From an uncultured Verrucomicrobiae bacterium (lineage in GTDB: Bacteria > Verrucomicrobiota > Verrucomicrobiia > Chthoniobacterales > Chthoniobacteraceae): a stretch of 59,509 nt of DNA. Below, one piece after another: positions 24,321 through 36,018 of the stretch. The translations under genes were made by a program, and so were the position numbers. The DNA is taken from the NCBI GenBank assembly GCA_963828525.1, contig CAWHEP010000013.1, positions 1-59,509 on the forward strand, in the 5' to 3' direction. Within the stretch, counting starts at the first letter, position 1. Each line of letters opens with the position of its first letter. The notes below the pieces were generated by a model. The model did no database searches and had not been told where the DNA came from. It saw only the letters and a list, made by a program, of their open reading frames with translations.

Positions 24321-25025
24321 CTTCGCCGTACGACGACGAGGAAGAGGAGGAGCCAGGCTTTTTCAAAAAATACCGCATCCTCATCGGTGTGGGCGTGGTT
24401 GTGGTCGGCCTTGGTGCATACGCTGCCACCAAGCTCGGAGGAGGGCATGACTCAGGGCCGTCGCGGAAGAATGACATCGTGATGATCAAGCTCCCGCCTC
24501 TGCCCCCGCCGCCTCCGCCTCCGCCACCCCCCAAGGAAAAGCCAGTCGAGGAGCCCAAGGTGGATCAAAAGATGGAGGTGCAGGAGCATGTCGATAAGGC
24601 GGAATCAAAGCCGCAGGAAAAACATGACGACTCACCGAAAATGGGAACAAACAACAAGGGCAGCGGACCGCCCGACGGGTTTGGCCTCGGTGATTCAGGA
24701 AACGGTCGGGGGATCGGAGGATCCGGAGGTTCGGGAGGCGGAAGCCGTTTTGGTTGGTACGCGGCGGCGGTGCAAGCGAAGATAGCGGATGCGCTTCGGA
24801 GCAATCCCAGGACCCGGAACGCAAACATCCGGATCGTGGTGCGGATTTGGCCTGACCTCACGGGCCGAATCACGCGAGTACAATTGACGCAGGCGACCGG
24901 TGACAGTTCGGTGGACGACGCTTTGAAGAACGAGGTGCTCAACGGCTTGCAGCTACAAGAGCCTCCCCCCTCCGATATGCCAGTTGCCGATCGTTCTACG
25001 GCTAACGGCGCGACGCCCCAATTAG
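24317..25025 (+). CDS. tonB: TonB-like energy transducer; the true C-terminus ...LPIVLRLTARRPN* is restored by removing one base
   Basis: TM anchor, poly-Pro linker, Gly-rich segment and a TonB_2-type C-terminal domain (GRITRVQL..TGDSSVD). Confidence 0.85.
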
Positions 25026-25053
25026 CTTCGTCCGACCGCAAGAAGCTTCCAAT

Positions 25054-27001
25054 ATGTCCCTACGAACACAGATTATGTATCCCTGCATGGCGCTCATGTT
25101 GACCTGCGGCGCTTGTACAAGCGGGGAGGGCCGCAGGTACATGCGGCGACTACGGATGCCGCAGCCACTCCAATCCCACTCCCCCAATGCAGTCGCTGGG
25201 CGCTCTGGCGGCGAACAACGCCGCGCCATCGTTCCGCAGCGACTCACCCGCGCCGGCTGGCGCCTCGGCGCCGTCCTCAACCCCTGAGCCTCTGTTCCCG
25301 AACGAACCCGCCCCATCGGCCCCGAGCTCGAAGCCATCTCAGAACGTTACGATAAACCTTATCAATCGCCTGGTGCAGCGGAAAGTCCTCACGAAGGACG
25401 ACGCCGCTGATTTGATTCGCCAGGCGGAAGCGGATGCCGACGCAGCGCGCGCCGAGGTCAAACAGGAAGCCACAGCCGCGGTGGCCGCGGAAGCTCCTCC
25501 TCCGGCGACGGATGACGACGTGAGGGTTACTTACATTCCCGAGGTGGTGAAGGCGCAGATGCGCGACGAGATAAAGCAAGAAGTCATGCAGCAGGCGCGA
25601 GACGAGAACTGGGCGTCGCCGCGCGCGCTGCCTTCGTGGGTTCCGCGCTTGCGGATCACGGGCGATTTTCGCATGAGGTATGAAGGCGACTTCTACCCTT
25701 CCGGAAATGACAACACGGGCGCCTTCCCCATCTTCAACTCGATCAACACAGGCGCGCCGTTCGACACCAGCGGCACTGTCTTTTCTCCGCAATATAATGT
25801 GGATCAGAACCGAAACAGATTTCGCATTCGCGCGCGACTGGGAGCCGAGATCGATCTTGGAGAAAACTTTACAGCGGGTCTGCGGCTCGGCAGCGGCCAG
25901 GACGATTCGCCCGTCACGGAAAATCAAACGCTCGGCCTTGCCAACGGTGGCCAGGGCGGCAACTTCGCAAAGTATCAGATATGGCTGGATAGGGCGTTCC
26001 TGAAGTATGAGATCGGCACTTCGAGCAAAGGGGTAACACTCACGGTCGGACGTTTCGACAGGCCCTTTTTTGATCCTACGACGATCATCTGGGCGAATGA
26101 CTTGGGCTTCGATGGCGGCGTGGCTCAAGCGCGATATGAAGTGGCTAAAGGCGTGACACCTTACTTCACCGTTGGGGCGTTCCCCGTCTTTAACACCGAT
26201 TTCAATTTCGCCACGAACAATCCGTCCAAATTCCGGAGCCAGGACAAGTGGCTGTATGGCGGCCAGATTGGCACGGATTGGAAGATCACGAAGGATATCA
26301 GCACAAAAGTGGGCGGGGCCTACTACTATTTCCAGAATATCGATGGAAGAAAATCGAGTCCTTTCACTCCGCTCACAACTTCCGATGCCGGCAACACAGA
26401 CGACACCCGGCCTTCTTTCGCCCAGAACGGAAACACCTATTTCCCGTTGCGCAACATCGTTCCCACGGCCAACAACAGCTTCGGAACAATTGATCAATTC
26501 CAGTATTACGGGCTGGCCACTCCGTTCCATGAACTCGCCTTCACTGGCCGGCTCGACTACACTCATTTCGAGCCAATCACCCTTTCCCTGGTTGGTGAGT
26601 TCGAGGAGAACGTGGCCTTCGACCGTTCAAGCGTTGCCGCGAAAGCGGTCAACAACCTCGGGGCGAATCTCCCATCAGGAAAAACCGGAAGCTTTGCCGG
26701 AGGCAATACCGCCTGGACTATAAACTTCAACGTAGGAACCGCTGCTCTGGAGAAGGCATGGGATTGGAACGCGGGCGTCGGGTACCGCTACGTAGAGTCC
26801 GATTCCGTCGTTGACGGGTTCGCGGACGCCGACTTTGGCGCTCCGCTCACCGGCACGAACCTGCAGGGTTACACGGTAACCGGGAGTGTGGCGCTGTCTT
26901 CCCGCGTGTGGTTGTTCCTGCGTTATATGGCCGCGGATGCCATTGCCGGGCCGACGTATCGGAATGACATCATCCAATTCGACGTAAACGCGAAGTTTTG
27001 A
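25054..27001 (+). CDS. Putative porin (outer-membrane beta-barrel with an N-terminal helical domain); N-terminus frameshifted
   Basis: VTINLINRLVQRKVLT, VRVTYIPE, GDFRMRYE, RNRFRIRARLG, DADF..GTNLQG and terminal DVNAKF. Confidence 0.88.
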
Positions 27002-27004
27002 ACC

Positions 27005-27637
27005 ATGCGACGCAACCTCTTTGTTTTCCCACAGCGACCTTCCTCGTGCTTTTCGCCTCGCAGGGCTCGTCCATGGAGCCGATGCCAACAGCGGAGAAGC
27101 CAAACTTCGCGAGGCGCTCCGAGCCACGATGCTTCAGTTGCGGGATGCGCAAAATCAGGCGGCGATTCAGCAGGGGGCGCAGACGGAACTGGAGGACGCA
27201 AAGAAAAAACTGACTGAGCAGGTCGCAGCACTGACGAAGCAGAGCGCGAGCGACAAGGAGACTTCTGACAAGACCATCTCCACCCTGAACGCGCGGGTGG
27301 CAAACCAGGACGGCGAAATCGCCAAACTGAAGGAGAATCTCCAGACATGGAAGACTGCTTACAACAAGGCCGCGGACGTCGCGCGGACAAGAAGGAGGGC
27401 GACAGCGCAAAGCTGGCGAACGATGTCGTTCTTTTGAAACGGCAGGTGGCAGATCGGGAGACAAAGAATCTTGCTCTTTTCAAACTTGGGAACGAAATTT
27501 TGACCCGCTATGAGAAGTTCGGACTGGGTGAAGCGTTGCTCGCCCGCGAGCCGTTTACGGGCATCACCCGTACGAAGCTTGAGACACTCGTGCAGGATTA
27601 TTCAGACAAACTCGCCGACCAAAGGATCAAACCGTGA
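27005..27637 (+). CDS. Secreted coiled-coil protein (PA0697-like); frameshifted
   Basis: EAKLREALRATMLQLR at the N-terminus and AREPFTG...VQDYSDKL at the C-terminus. Confidence 0.75.
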
Positions 27638-28560
27638 AACCCTTTCCCAAACTTCAGCAGGGCGTGGCGATGATGTTAAAGAGCGCCGTCTTCCTGCTCA
27701 TGCTTGCCGGGTCAATTTCCCAAGCCGCGACTGGCGAGACAGGCATGCTCGCGAAGGTTGGGGATACTGAGATCACAACAGAAGACATCCGATCCTCTCT
27801 TCAGAATCTTGATCCGAACGATCAGGCAGCGCTAAATAAAAACCCCGCTCTTCTAAGCCAGGTTGTGCGCACCATCCTGGTGCAGCGCCTTGTGCTGAAG
27901 GAAGCGCTCGCCAAACATTGGGATCAACAGCCCGCGTTCCTGGCGCAACTCGAACGGCTGTAGCAGAATGCCATTACCGAAAGCTATCTGCAGACAGCCT
28001 CCAGACCGGCGGACGGATATCCGGCGGAGACCGACCTACAGGCAGCCTACGAGGCGAACAAGGGAGCGTTGGTGATGCCCCGCCAGTATCGGATGGCGCA
28101 GATCTTCGTCTGCCTGTCCAAAGGGCGCGGACGCAGCGACGTCGCGAAGGCGCAAATGAAGCTTGATGGGATCGAAAGGCTCTTCGCCCGCGAGATGCTG
28201 ATTTCGAAACGCTATCACGCGCCAGAAGTGATGAGAAGGAGAGCTGCGGCGCGGGGCGGCGAGATTGGCTGGCTGACAGAAGTCCAGACTGCAGCCAGAG
28301 ATCCGGGCGCAAGTAGCCGGCGCTTGCAAAAGGCGGCGTCTCCGAGCCGCTGCGAATGGACGACGGCTGGCACATCCTCAAGTGCCTGGACATAAAGGAA
28401 CCCTATACTCCGGCACTGGACGAAATCCGCCCCAGCTTGCGCAACAACTCCGCATCGAGAAAGCCAAAGCCAACCGCGAGGCCTATCTGGCGAAGGCTTC
28501 TCCAGCAGAACCCCATTGCGGTCAATGAGTTGGCGCTTTCGAAAGGTGCTCAACAAGTAG
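27634..28560 (+). CDS. PpiC/parvulin-type peptidyl-prolyl isomerase; in-frame TAG at 27961 plus frameshifts
   Basis: LAKVGDTEIT, YPAETDLQAAYEANK..PRQYRMAQIF, RGGEIGW and DGWHILK motifs. Confidence 0.8.
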
Positions 28561-28589
28561 CTCGGCACACGGAGCGCTCCCCCGAAGCC

Positions 28590-29515
28590 TTAGAAAGCGC
28601 GGGCGGACGCGGCGTCCAGCGCGATCCGCTCTTTTAACTCATCCAGTCCCGAGAAACTTCATCTCCTCACGGAGAAAAGCCCGAAAGTAAACTTCAAGGT
28701 CCTTTCCGTAGATGTCCGCGTCGAAATCGAAAAGATGGATTTCCAGCAGCCGCTCTCCGCTCTCCTCGGCGACAGTTGGGCCGAACTCCGATGTTCGCTA
28801 CTCCTTTGTGCATCGAGCCGTCAAGACGTGCCTGGACGACATAAACGCCATCAGGCGGGAACTGCTCGTTGTGGGCGCTGATATTCGCGGTGGGAAAGCC
28901 AAGCTTCCGTCCCAGGCGATCGCCCTCGACGACAGTACCGAGGATGTGTAGTCCCTCCCCAATAGTTTGCGGCGGCAGCATCCAGCCGGCCCTCCTGCAC
29001 GGCGGCGCGAACAGAGTGCTGCTGACAACATTGCCTTCCACTTCGACAGCTGGCACTCCCACCTCCTCGAAATCCAGCTGCGCTCCAAGCCGCCCAAGCA
29101 TCTCCAGGTTCCCGGCACGGTTGCGTCCGAAACGACCACTGATGCCCGACACAAATTTCCCGCAATGGTTTGCAGGCGTGGTGCAGGATGCCAATGAAAC
29201 TCCTCCGGAGGCGTATCGGCAAATTCCGCATCAAAGGGACAATAAGCGAGGAATTTGACGCCCAACTGCCTCGATGAGACGGAGCTTGTGCCGCGTGGAT
29301 GTCAGGAGGCGGGGTGCCTGCTCGGGACGCAAGACGCGCAACGGATGGGGATCGAATGTCAGCACGACTGCCGTGCCGCTGCCTGACTTTGGCGTCGGCA
29401 AGAGCGCGTCGATAACAGCTCGGTGGCCGAGATGAACTCCATCGAACACTCCGATCGCGAGAAAGAGCGGGCCAGCAATCTCGGAAAGTTCAGAGAGCGA
29501 ACGTAGGATGCGCAC
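28590..29515 (-). CDS. ribF: Riboflavin kinase/FAD synthetase; frameshifted
   Basis: [29 protein letters not shown] and NIGVRP motifs. Confidence 0.92.
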
Positions 29516-29535
29516 GGTGTCCACATGGCCCGAAA

Positions 29536-30270
29536 CTAGCCGCCGCGCAGGCGCGAGACTTCGGCAGACGTGAGCATCCTCGTCAAGAATCGCGGAGGGT
29601 TCCGGCTTGACTGCAAGTCGCTCGACTGTCACTGCGCGTTCTCAGATTAAACCGCCCAGATTTTGTCCGGCGCAAGCCCTTCAGATGAGCGCCGCAGCCG
29701 AGATCGTTTCCGATATCATGCGCATAGGTGCGAACGTAGAACCCTTTGCTGCAAACGACCCGGAAATCGATTTCGGTCGGACGCATCTCGCGTATCTCAT
29801 GGGCGAAAACGTGGACGAACCGGGGTTCCCGCTCCACGACCTTGCCCTGCCGGGCCAGTTTATAAAGCGGCGACGCCGTCCTTCTTGATCGCGGAAACCA
29901 TCGGCGGCATCTGGTAGAAGTCACCATCATATTTGGCAAATGCGCCTTTCGATCTCGGCCGCGAGTAAAAGAGGCGACGGGCTTTGTTTCAAGAATCTGG
30001 CCATCCGCGTCCTGGCTATCGGTAGTTGCGCCGAGTGACATCGTGCCCGACGTATTCCTTGTCCTCGCTCATGAGAAGGTCCTGAATTTTTGTGCCGCGT
30101 CCGAGCACGATGAGGAGCAAGCCGGTTGCGAGCGGGTCGAGCGTGCCGCAGTGGCCCACCTTCTTCGTTCCGAGTCGTACGCCTCACGATGCGCGACCAC
30201 GTCATGCGACGTCATCCGCGTTGCCTTTGTCCACCAGGAGGACTCCGTCTATGTCAGTTGTCGATCTCAT
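29536..30270 (-). CDS. truB: tRNA pseudouridine(55) synthase; frameshifted
   Basis: [28 protein letters not shown] and CSKGFYVRT motifs. Confidence 0.92.
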
Positions 30271-31229
30271 CACAAATTGCCTGTAGAACCTTTCTTCAAC
30301 TTCATCCAAGCGGGCCGGTCATACTCGCTCCAGCGGCGAGCTTGTGGCCTCCGCCCCCAAACTGCCCGCAGATTTTCGAAACATCCACGCTGCCGTCCTT
30401 TGATCGCAGGCTGATCCGAACTTTACCCTCTTCCATCTCCTCGATGAACGCTGCGGCGATCACTCCATCAATCGCGCGGATGTGGTCGATCATCCCTCGT
30501 TATCCTCAGGCGAAGCTCGCCGCTCCTGCGCGCCATATCCGGTGTAAGGCAGAAGCTGGCGACTTTGTCGTTACAAGAAAATTTGAATACGTTCAGCAAG
30601 ATGCGAAGAAGGTCGATCCGACGCCGTGGCGAGGTCTCGTACATCTGCTGCGAAATCCTGCCGACATCGACGCCAGCCCCGATGAGTTCAGCACCGATTT
30701 CAAAAGAGCGCGCGGAGGTGCTCGGATACTGGAAAGAACCGGTATCCGTCGAGATGGCCACAAACAGGCTATCCGCGATCTCGCGCGTGAGCGGAAAGTT
30801 TTGCTGCCTGAAGAATTCGTGCAGAGATCTGACCTGCGGCGGGCGCGCCGGAATCCACATACGCGAGATCACCGTATGTTGTTACTGACATGGTGATCGA
30901 TATTTACCCAGATGGCCGCACTTCCCACGGCCTGAAGACAGGAGCCAAGGCGCTCGCGGGCCGCCGTATCGATGGCAATGGCAACGTCAAAGTCTTCGGG
31001 CGCGGCGGGGGGCTTCGTGACCATGTCGGCACCCGGAAGAAAGTCATATTTCTTTACCATTCCGTCCTGATTCCAGACCTTTACCTCTTTACCAAGCTGA
31101 CGCAGACAGAGAGCCATGGCAATTTCGCAGCCGAGGGCATCCCCATCGGGGCGGAGATGGCTCATCACGACGAATTTTTCATGTTCCGGAGAGCGGCGGC
31201 GATCTCGCGAAACTACAGTTATCCTTCAT
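30270..31229 (-). CDS. nrnA: DHH/DHHA1 phosphoesterase (nanoRNase/pAp phosphatase); frameshifted
   Basis: SHLRPDGDALG, IDHH, TDTGSF and GGGGHKLAAG motifs. Confidence 0.9.
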
Positions 31230-31265
31230 TGCCCACCTCTTCCCCGTCAGCTCTCCGCTTCGTCT

Positions 31266-31604
31266 TCAGGAATTTCGATCGTTCTCCAGAATATCGATGA
31301 TGCGCAGTCCGCGCTCGACTGAATCGTCCAAACGGAAATGCAGGTGCGGGGTGTATTTCAAAACGACGCGCTTGGAGATGGCATGCTGGAGCAGCGCGCG
31401 ATTTTCCTCGAGCTTTGAGATCACCGCTTTCTTCTCTTCATCGGTTCCGAGGGCGCTCACGTAAGCATGGGCGTGCTTGAGGTCCGGCGTTATGTCCACC
31501 GTCTGGACAGTCACGAGGGTGGCCGTAAAAGTCAAATCTCTAGCGATGGCCTCACTCAGTTCCCGCTTGAGGACCTCTTTGACCCTTTCGAGACGGTGTT
31601 TCAT
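31266..31604 (-). CDS. rbfA: Ribosome-binding factor A
   Basis: RLERV, DITPDLKHA and KYTPHLHF..D.S motifs; lies after infB. Confidence 0.95.
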   Translation of the reverse strand: MKHRLERVKEVLKRELSEAIARDLTFTATLVTVQTVDITPDLKHAHAYVSALGTDEEKKAVISKLEENRALLQHAISKRVVLKYTPHLHFRLDDSVERGLRIIDILENDRNS

Positions 31605-31712
31605 TTAAGATAGAGAGGATTAAGCTGCGGCGCCACAGAACGACCGCAGTGCCGGCGCGGCCCCTACATTCTGCCGGAGGGCGACAGAGCGGAAACCGCG
31701 CGAGCGGAACTA

Positions 31713-33875
31713 TTACAGCTTCTGCGCGAATTTCTCGAGTTGGTAACACTCGATCACATCGTCCACCTGGTACTCTGTGAAGTCTCCAAGCTTTATTCCG
31801 CACTCGAGGCCGTTTCGGACTTCCTTCACATCGTCCTGGAAGCGCTTCAGGGTGGCGACTCCGCCGTCGTATATGGGCTGGCGTCCACGAATGACACGCG
31901 CCCGGGCGTTGCGCGCGATGCGGCCATCCGTGACCACACAACCCGCGACGATACCCTTTGAGAGTTCGAATACCTGTTTGACAAGCGCATGACCGACCAT
32001 GCTCTCGCGCAATTCGGGATCCAGCAGGCCTGCCATCGCCTCTTTGATCTGATCGATCAGCTCGTAGATGATGCTGAAAAGCTTGATTTGGACGCCTTCC
32101 CGCTTAGCCGCGTTCGCGGAAGAATTCTCAACCTTCACATTGAAACCAACAACCACCGCGTTTGACGCGGTCGCCAGAAGGATGTCGGATTCTGTAATCG
32201 GGCCTACGCCAGCATGAATCGTCTCGAGATCGATTTTCTTGCTCTCGATCTGCGCCAGCGACGCGGCGAGCGCCTCTAGAGAACCTTGAACATCACACTT
32301 CAGCACAATGCGGAGCACCTTGCGCTGGTCTTCCGCCAGACTATCGAACAAGCTTTCCAGCGTGGCGCGTTGCGGCTGGAACAGTTTACCCTTCCGCTGC
32401 TCGTCAAGCCGTTCCTCGCTCAACACCTTGGCCGACTTCTCCGATTCCATCGCGACGAACTCGTCGCCCGCGTTCGGCAGACCAGCGAACCCCAGCACCT
32501 TCACAGGGGTGGAAGGTCCCGCTTGCTTCACAGCTTTACCGGTCTCATCCATCACAAGTTTAACCTTGCCCGCGTAATTTCCGCAGATGAATGGCTGACC
32601 CGCCTTTAAGCGTCCCCATGCGAACGAGAACGGTTGCCGTGGGGCCACGGCCCGGTTCGATCTGGGCTTCGATCACGGTTCCGCGGGGAAGAGCTGTCGG
32701 GCTGGCCTTCAGTTCGAGTACTTCAGCCTCAAGCAATAGCATCTCCAAAAATGATCCACGCCCGTGCCCTTGGTGGCTGATACAGGACAACAAATCGTGT
32801 CGCCGCCCCAGTCCTCAGGGGTCAGGCCTTTCTCCTGCAACTGGCCCTTCACTCGATCGATATTGGCAGATGCCAGATCAATTTTGTTAATGGCAACCAA
32901 GGTCTTCACCTTCGCGGCCTTGGCATGGTTGATCGCTTCGATCGTCTGCGGCATCAAGCCATCGTCAGCAGCGACCACAAGCACAACAATATCTGTCACA
33001 TTCGCTCCGCGCGCCCTCATCGCTGTAAAGGCTTCATGACCGGGGGTGTCGAGGAAAGTGATTCTGTGTCCTTTGTGTTCAACGCTATAGGCACCGATGT
33101 GTTGCGTGATCCCGCCAGCTTCCCCGGCAACAACACGCGTCTTGCGGATTGCGTCCATAAGAGAGGTTTTGCCGTGATCCACATGGCCCATAAACGTGAT
33201 GACCGGGGGTCGAGACTTCAACTCCTCTTCCTTCTCAATCACCGGAGGAGGAGGCGCTACAACGACAACCTCTACTTTATGGACGCCGCCGCCTTTCTCC
33301 CGTTTCTCGCGTTCGAAGACAAATCCGTGCTTCTTGCACAAAAGAGTCGCCACATCCGCCTCAACCGACGCGTTTGTAGCAACGAAGACGTTCATTTCCA
33401 TCAGGTCATGAACCAATTGAAACGGCTTGATGTTCATCGCTGCCGCCAAGTCTTTGACAATGATCGGCGGTTTTAAATGAATGACTTTCTCATCGGACAC
33501 CGCTTCCTCGACTGGGGCCGCTTCCGTGATCACCGCTTCAGGAGGGGCAGGTTCGGGCTCAGGCGCGGGAGTTGGGATGACGGGCTCTGGAGCAGGAGGC
33601 AAAGCCTCCTGAATCTCCGCCGCGCGAATCCGCGAGATCACCGGCAGCACACGTCCTTTGCTCGTCCCGGCAGCGGACCCGCCCCGTGTTCGCTGCACTT
33701 TCTCCTTCGGCTCGATAAGAGAGACCGTTTCCTTCACGACGCGCTCCTCAACCACGGGAGGGGCCGGCTTCTCCGCTGCCGGAGCGACCTCCTTAGCAGG
33801 TAGCGGTTGCTTGGAAGGCGCGACAGGACCACTCCTCTTTCGAGGGGCCGGGCGCATTGGTGTTCGTGTTGCCAT
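31713..33875 (-). CDS. infB: Translation initiation factor IF-2; frameshifted near 32750 and 32600
   Basis: [36 protein letters not shown] and GLECGI motifs. Confidence 0.97.
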
Positions 33876-33889
33876 GTGAATGTCTATTT

Positions 33890-35170
33890 CTACCGGACGG
33901 CTTGAGCGGTGGACGCGGAAAGACGTTTATCCTGCTCGGCTCGGGCGCTTTCGTGAATCGCCTGCGCCTGCTCCAGAGGAATGCTCAAAATATCCGCGAT
34001 GTCCTGGGCATCGACTTCCAGCACTCCCTCGAGGTTGGAAAGCCCTCCCTTTACCAGAGTGCGAGCCGTCGCTTCATCCACTTTGAGGCTCCCGGCCAAG
34101 GCCTGCGCCGCGACGGTGACCCGCTGCTCAAAAACTTGCGCGGCGGATTCATCTTTTTCAATATTGATTTCCCATCCCGTCAGCCGGGAGGTAAGCCTCG
34201 CGTTCTGTCCGCGCTTCCCAATCGCGAGGGACAGCTGATCCTCCTCCACCTTTATGAAGATGGTTTTCGACGCTTGATCAAGGGTAAGGCTCTTTACTTT
34301 CGCTGGCTTCAACGCTTCCAGCACAAACTCCTTCGGCTCCGCGCTCCACCGGATGATGTCAACCTTCTCGTTGTTCAACTCGCGGACGATATTTTTTACA
34401 CGGGCGCCGCGCATGCCGACGCAGGCGCCGACCGGATCAACTTTGTCGTTCGCGCTGAAAACCGCGATCTTCGTGCGAAAACCTGCTTCGCGGGCGATCC
34501 CGCGGATCTCGACCGTCCGATCTGAAATCTCGCTCACTTCGACTTCGAAGAGGCGACGAACAAAATTCGGGTGACTTCGCGAGATGATGATCTCCGGGCC
34601 GCGCACCCCATTCTCGACAGCCACCACGTAAGCCCGCACCCGATCCCCGATGTTGTAGTCCTCGGTGGTGACCCTCTCGCGCATCGGCATGATTGCCTCG
34701 AATTTGCCCAGGTCCACAATGACGTCCGAACGCTCGAAACGGCGAACCGTGCCGCTTACAATTTCCCCAGCGCGATCCTTGAACTCGTCGTAGATCATCT
34801 CCTTTTCGACCTGGCGAATCCGCTGCATGATCGCTTGCTTCGCGGTCTGGGCGGCGATCCGTCCAAAGTTTTTTGGCGTGACCTCTACCTCGAGGATATC
34901 GTTCACCTGCACATCCGGCTTTAGCTTGCGCGCCTTGGAAAGAGAAATTTCGTCGTGAACGTCCTTCACCGTTTCAACAACGACAAGGTTCGCCATGGCG
35001 CGGATTTCACCGGTTTTGAGATCGATGTCGATCCTCAGATCACGGGATTGACCGACGGCCTTTTTCGAAGCAGAAAGAAGGGCGCTGGAGACGGCCTCGA
35101 CAAGCACCTCGCGCTTGATTCCCTTCTCACGCTCCAGATAATCCAGTGTGGCAATAAATTCGCTATTCAT
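33890..35170 (-). CDS. nusA: Transcription factor NusA
   Basis: [33 protein letters not shown] and AIGKRGQN motifs. Confidence 0.97.
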   Translation of the reverse strand: MNSEFIATLDYLEREKGIKREVLVEAVSSALLSASKKAVGQSRDLRIDIDLKTGEIRAMANLVVVETVKDVHDEISLSKARKLKPDVQVNDILEVEVTPKNFGRIAAQTAKQAIMQRIRQVEKEMIYDEFKDRAGEIVSGTVRRFERSDVIVDLGKFEAIMPMRERVTTEDYNIGDRVRAYVVAVENGVRGPEIIISRSHPNFVRRLFEVEVSEISDRTVEIRGIAREAGFRTKIAVFSANDKVDPVGACVGMRGARVKNIVRELNNEKVDIIRWSAEPKEFVLEALKPAKVKSLTLDQASKTIFIKVEEDQLSLAIGKRGQNARLTSRLTGWEINIEKDESAAQVFEQRVTVAAQALAGSLKVDEATARTLVKGGLSNLEGVLEVDAQDIADILSIPLEQAQAIHESARAEQDKRLSASTAQAVR

Positions 35171-35191
35171 AAATGCTCCGTGAGCGGGGAC

Positions 35192-35220
35192 AAAAAAAAG
35201 TGGGGTGTAAATCCCACTTC
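35192..35220 (-). promoter_or_regulatory. rimP/nusA-leader-like terminator hairpin
   Basis: The minus strand reads GAAGTGGGATTTACACCCCACTTTTTTTT, about 20 nt upstream of the nusA start. Confidence 0.7.
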
Positions 35221-35292
35221 CATCTTTTGACCCGCTCAGCGCACGCAATCTAATACACGCCTCCCTCTGCGTCAAGCAGTCCCGCGCCTACA

Positions 35293-36018
35293 ATGATGCC
35301 ACATTTCTCCCCGTCGAGTAGCCAGCCAGAATGCGCGGTCCGAGCCGTCTTCTTCGACGCCGCCGGGACATTGTTTTATCTGCCAAATGGAGTTGGTTAC
35401 CATTATAGCCTGGTTGCGCGACGTTTCGGCGTGGACATCCCTGAGAAGGCATTGAGTAGCGCCTTCCGGAACGCGTGGAACGCGATGCCTGCTCCACTTT
35501 CCAAACGGGTCGCGCGAACGGACGATGATCGGGGATGGTGGCGGGAACTGGTGTTTCGAGTTCTCGCGGAAGCAGCGCCGGATGCGAGAATCGAAAGAGA
35601 GGGGCTTTTTGACGAACTGTATAATTACTTCGCGAAGCCCGGCGTCTGGGCGCTCTTCCCCGAGGTCATAGAGGTTCTTTCCTCCCTGCGTGGCACTTAT
35701 TGCCTGGGCATTGTGTCAAACTTTGACAGCAGGCTCAGGGCCGTTCTCCAGGATCTCGAAATTGCCCACTTTTTCCAATTTCTCTGCATTTCAAGCGAGG
35801 TCGGAGCGGATAAACCGGATCCATACATTTTCGAGCATGCGCTGGGGTTGGCGGGCGTCTCGGAACGAGAGGCTGTTCACATAGGGGATGATCCTCACCA
35901 TGACGGAGAAGGGGCCGCGCGGGCCGGCATCCGTTGCTTCCTTGTCGATCAACCCAGAAGGTCGCTTGTAGATGCCGAAGCTTGGATCAGGGCGTCACAA
36001 CACAAGGCGGACGCATGA
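35293..36018 (+). CDS. HAD-IA hydrolase (REG-2/HDHD3-like)
   Basis: FFDAAGTL, VSNFD, KPDP and HIGDD motifs. Confidence 0.9.
   Translation: MMPHFSPSSSQPECAVRAVFFDAAGTLFYLPNGVGYHYSLVARRFGVDIPEKALSSAFRNAWNAMPAPLSKRVARTDDDRGWWRELVFRVLAEAAPDARIEREGLFDELYNYFAKPGVWALFPEVIEVLSSLRGTYCLGIVSNFDSRLRAVLQDLEIAHFFQFLCISSEVGADKPDPYIFEHALGLAGVSEREAVHIGDDPHHDGEGAARAGIRCFLVDQPRRSLVDAEAWIRASQHKADA

Noticed and set aside
24490..24535. CCG/CCT repeat tract
   Set aside because: It encodes the normal poly-Pro linker of TonB.
25277..26566. Long antisense ORFs (also 322-1155, 10951-11838, 15909-16718, 38893-39780)
   Set aside because: These are shadow ORFs opposite well-supported genes in GC-rich DNA, with no recognisable motifs.
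27961..27963. In-frame TAG in the PPIase as possible recoding or pyrrolysine
   Set aside because: TAG is a normal stop in thrS, infC and thiG, no pyl genes were seen, and it lies in an error-rich zone.
31713..33875. Programmed frameshifting or pseudogenisation of infB and other core genes
   Set aside because: Many essential genes are hit at once, and the lesions I reconstructed are single-base indels, often in homopolymer runs. Sequencing error is the simpler explanation.
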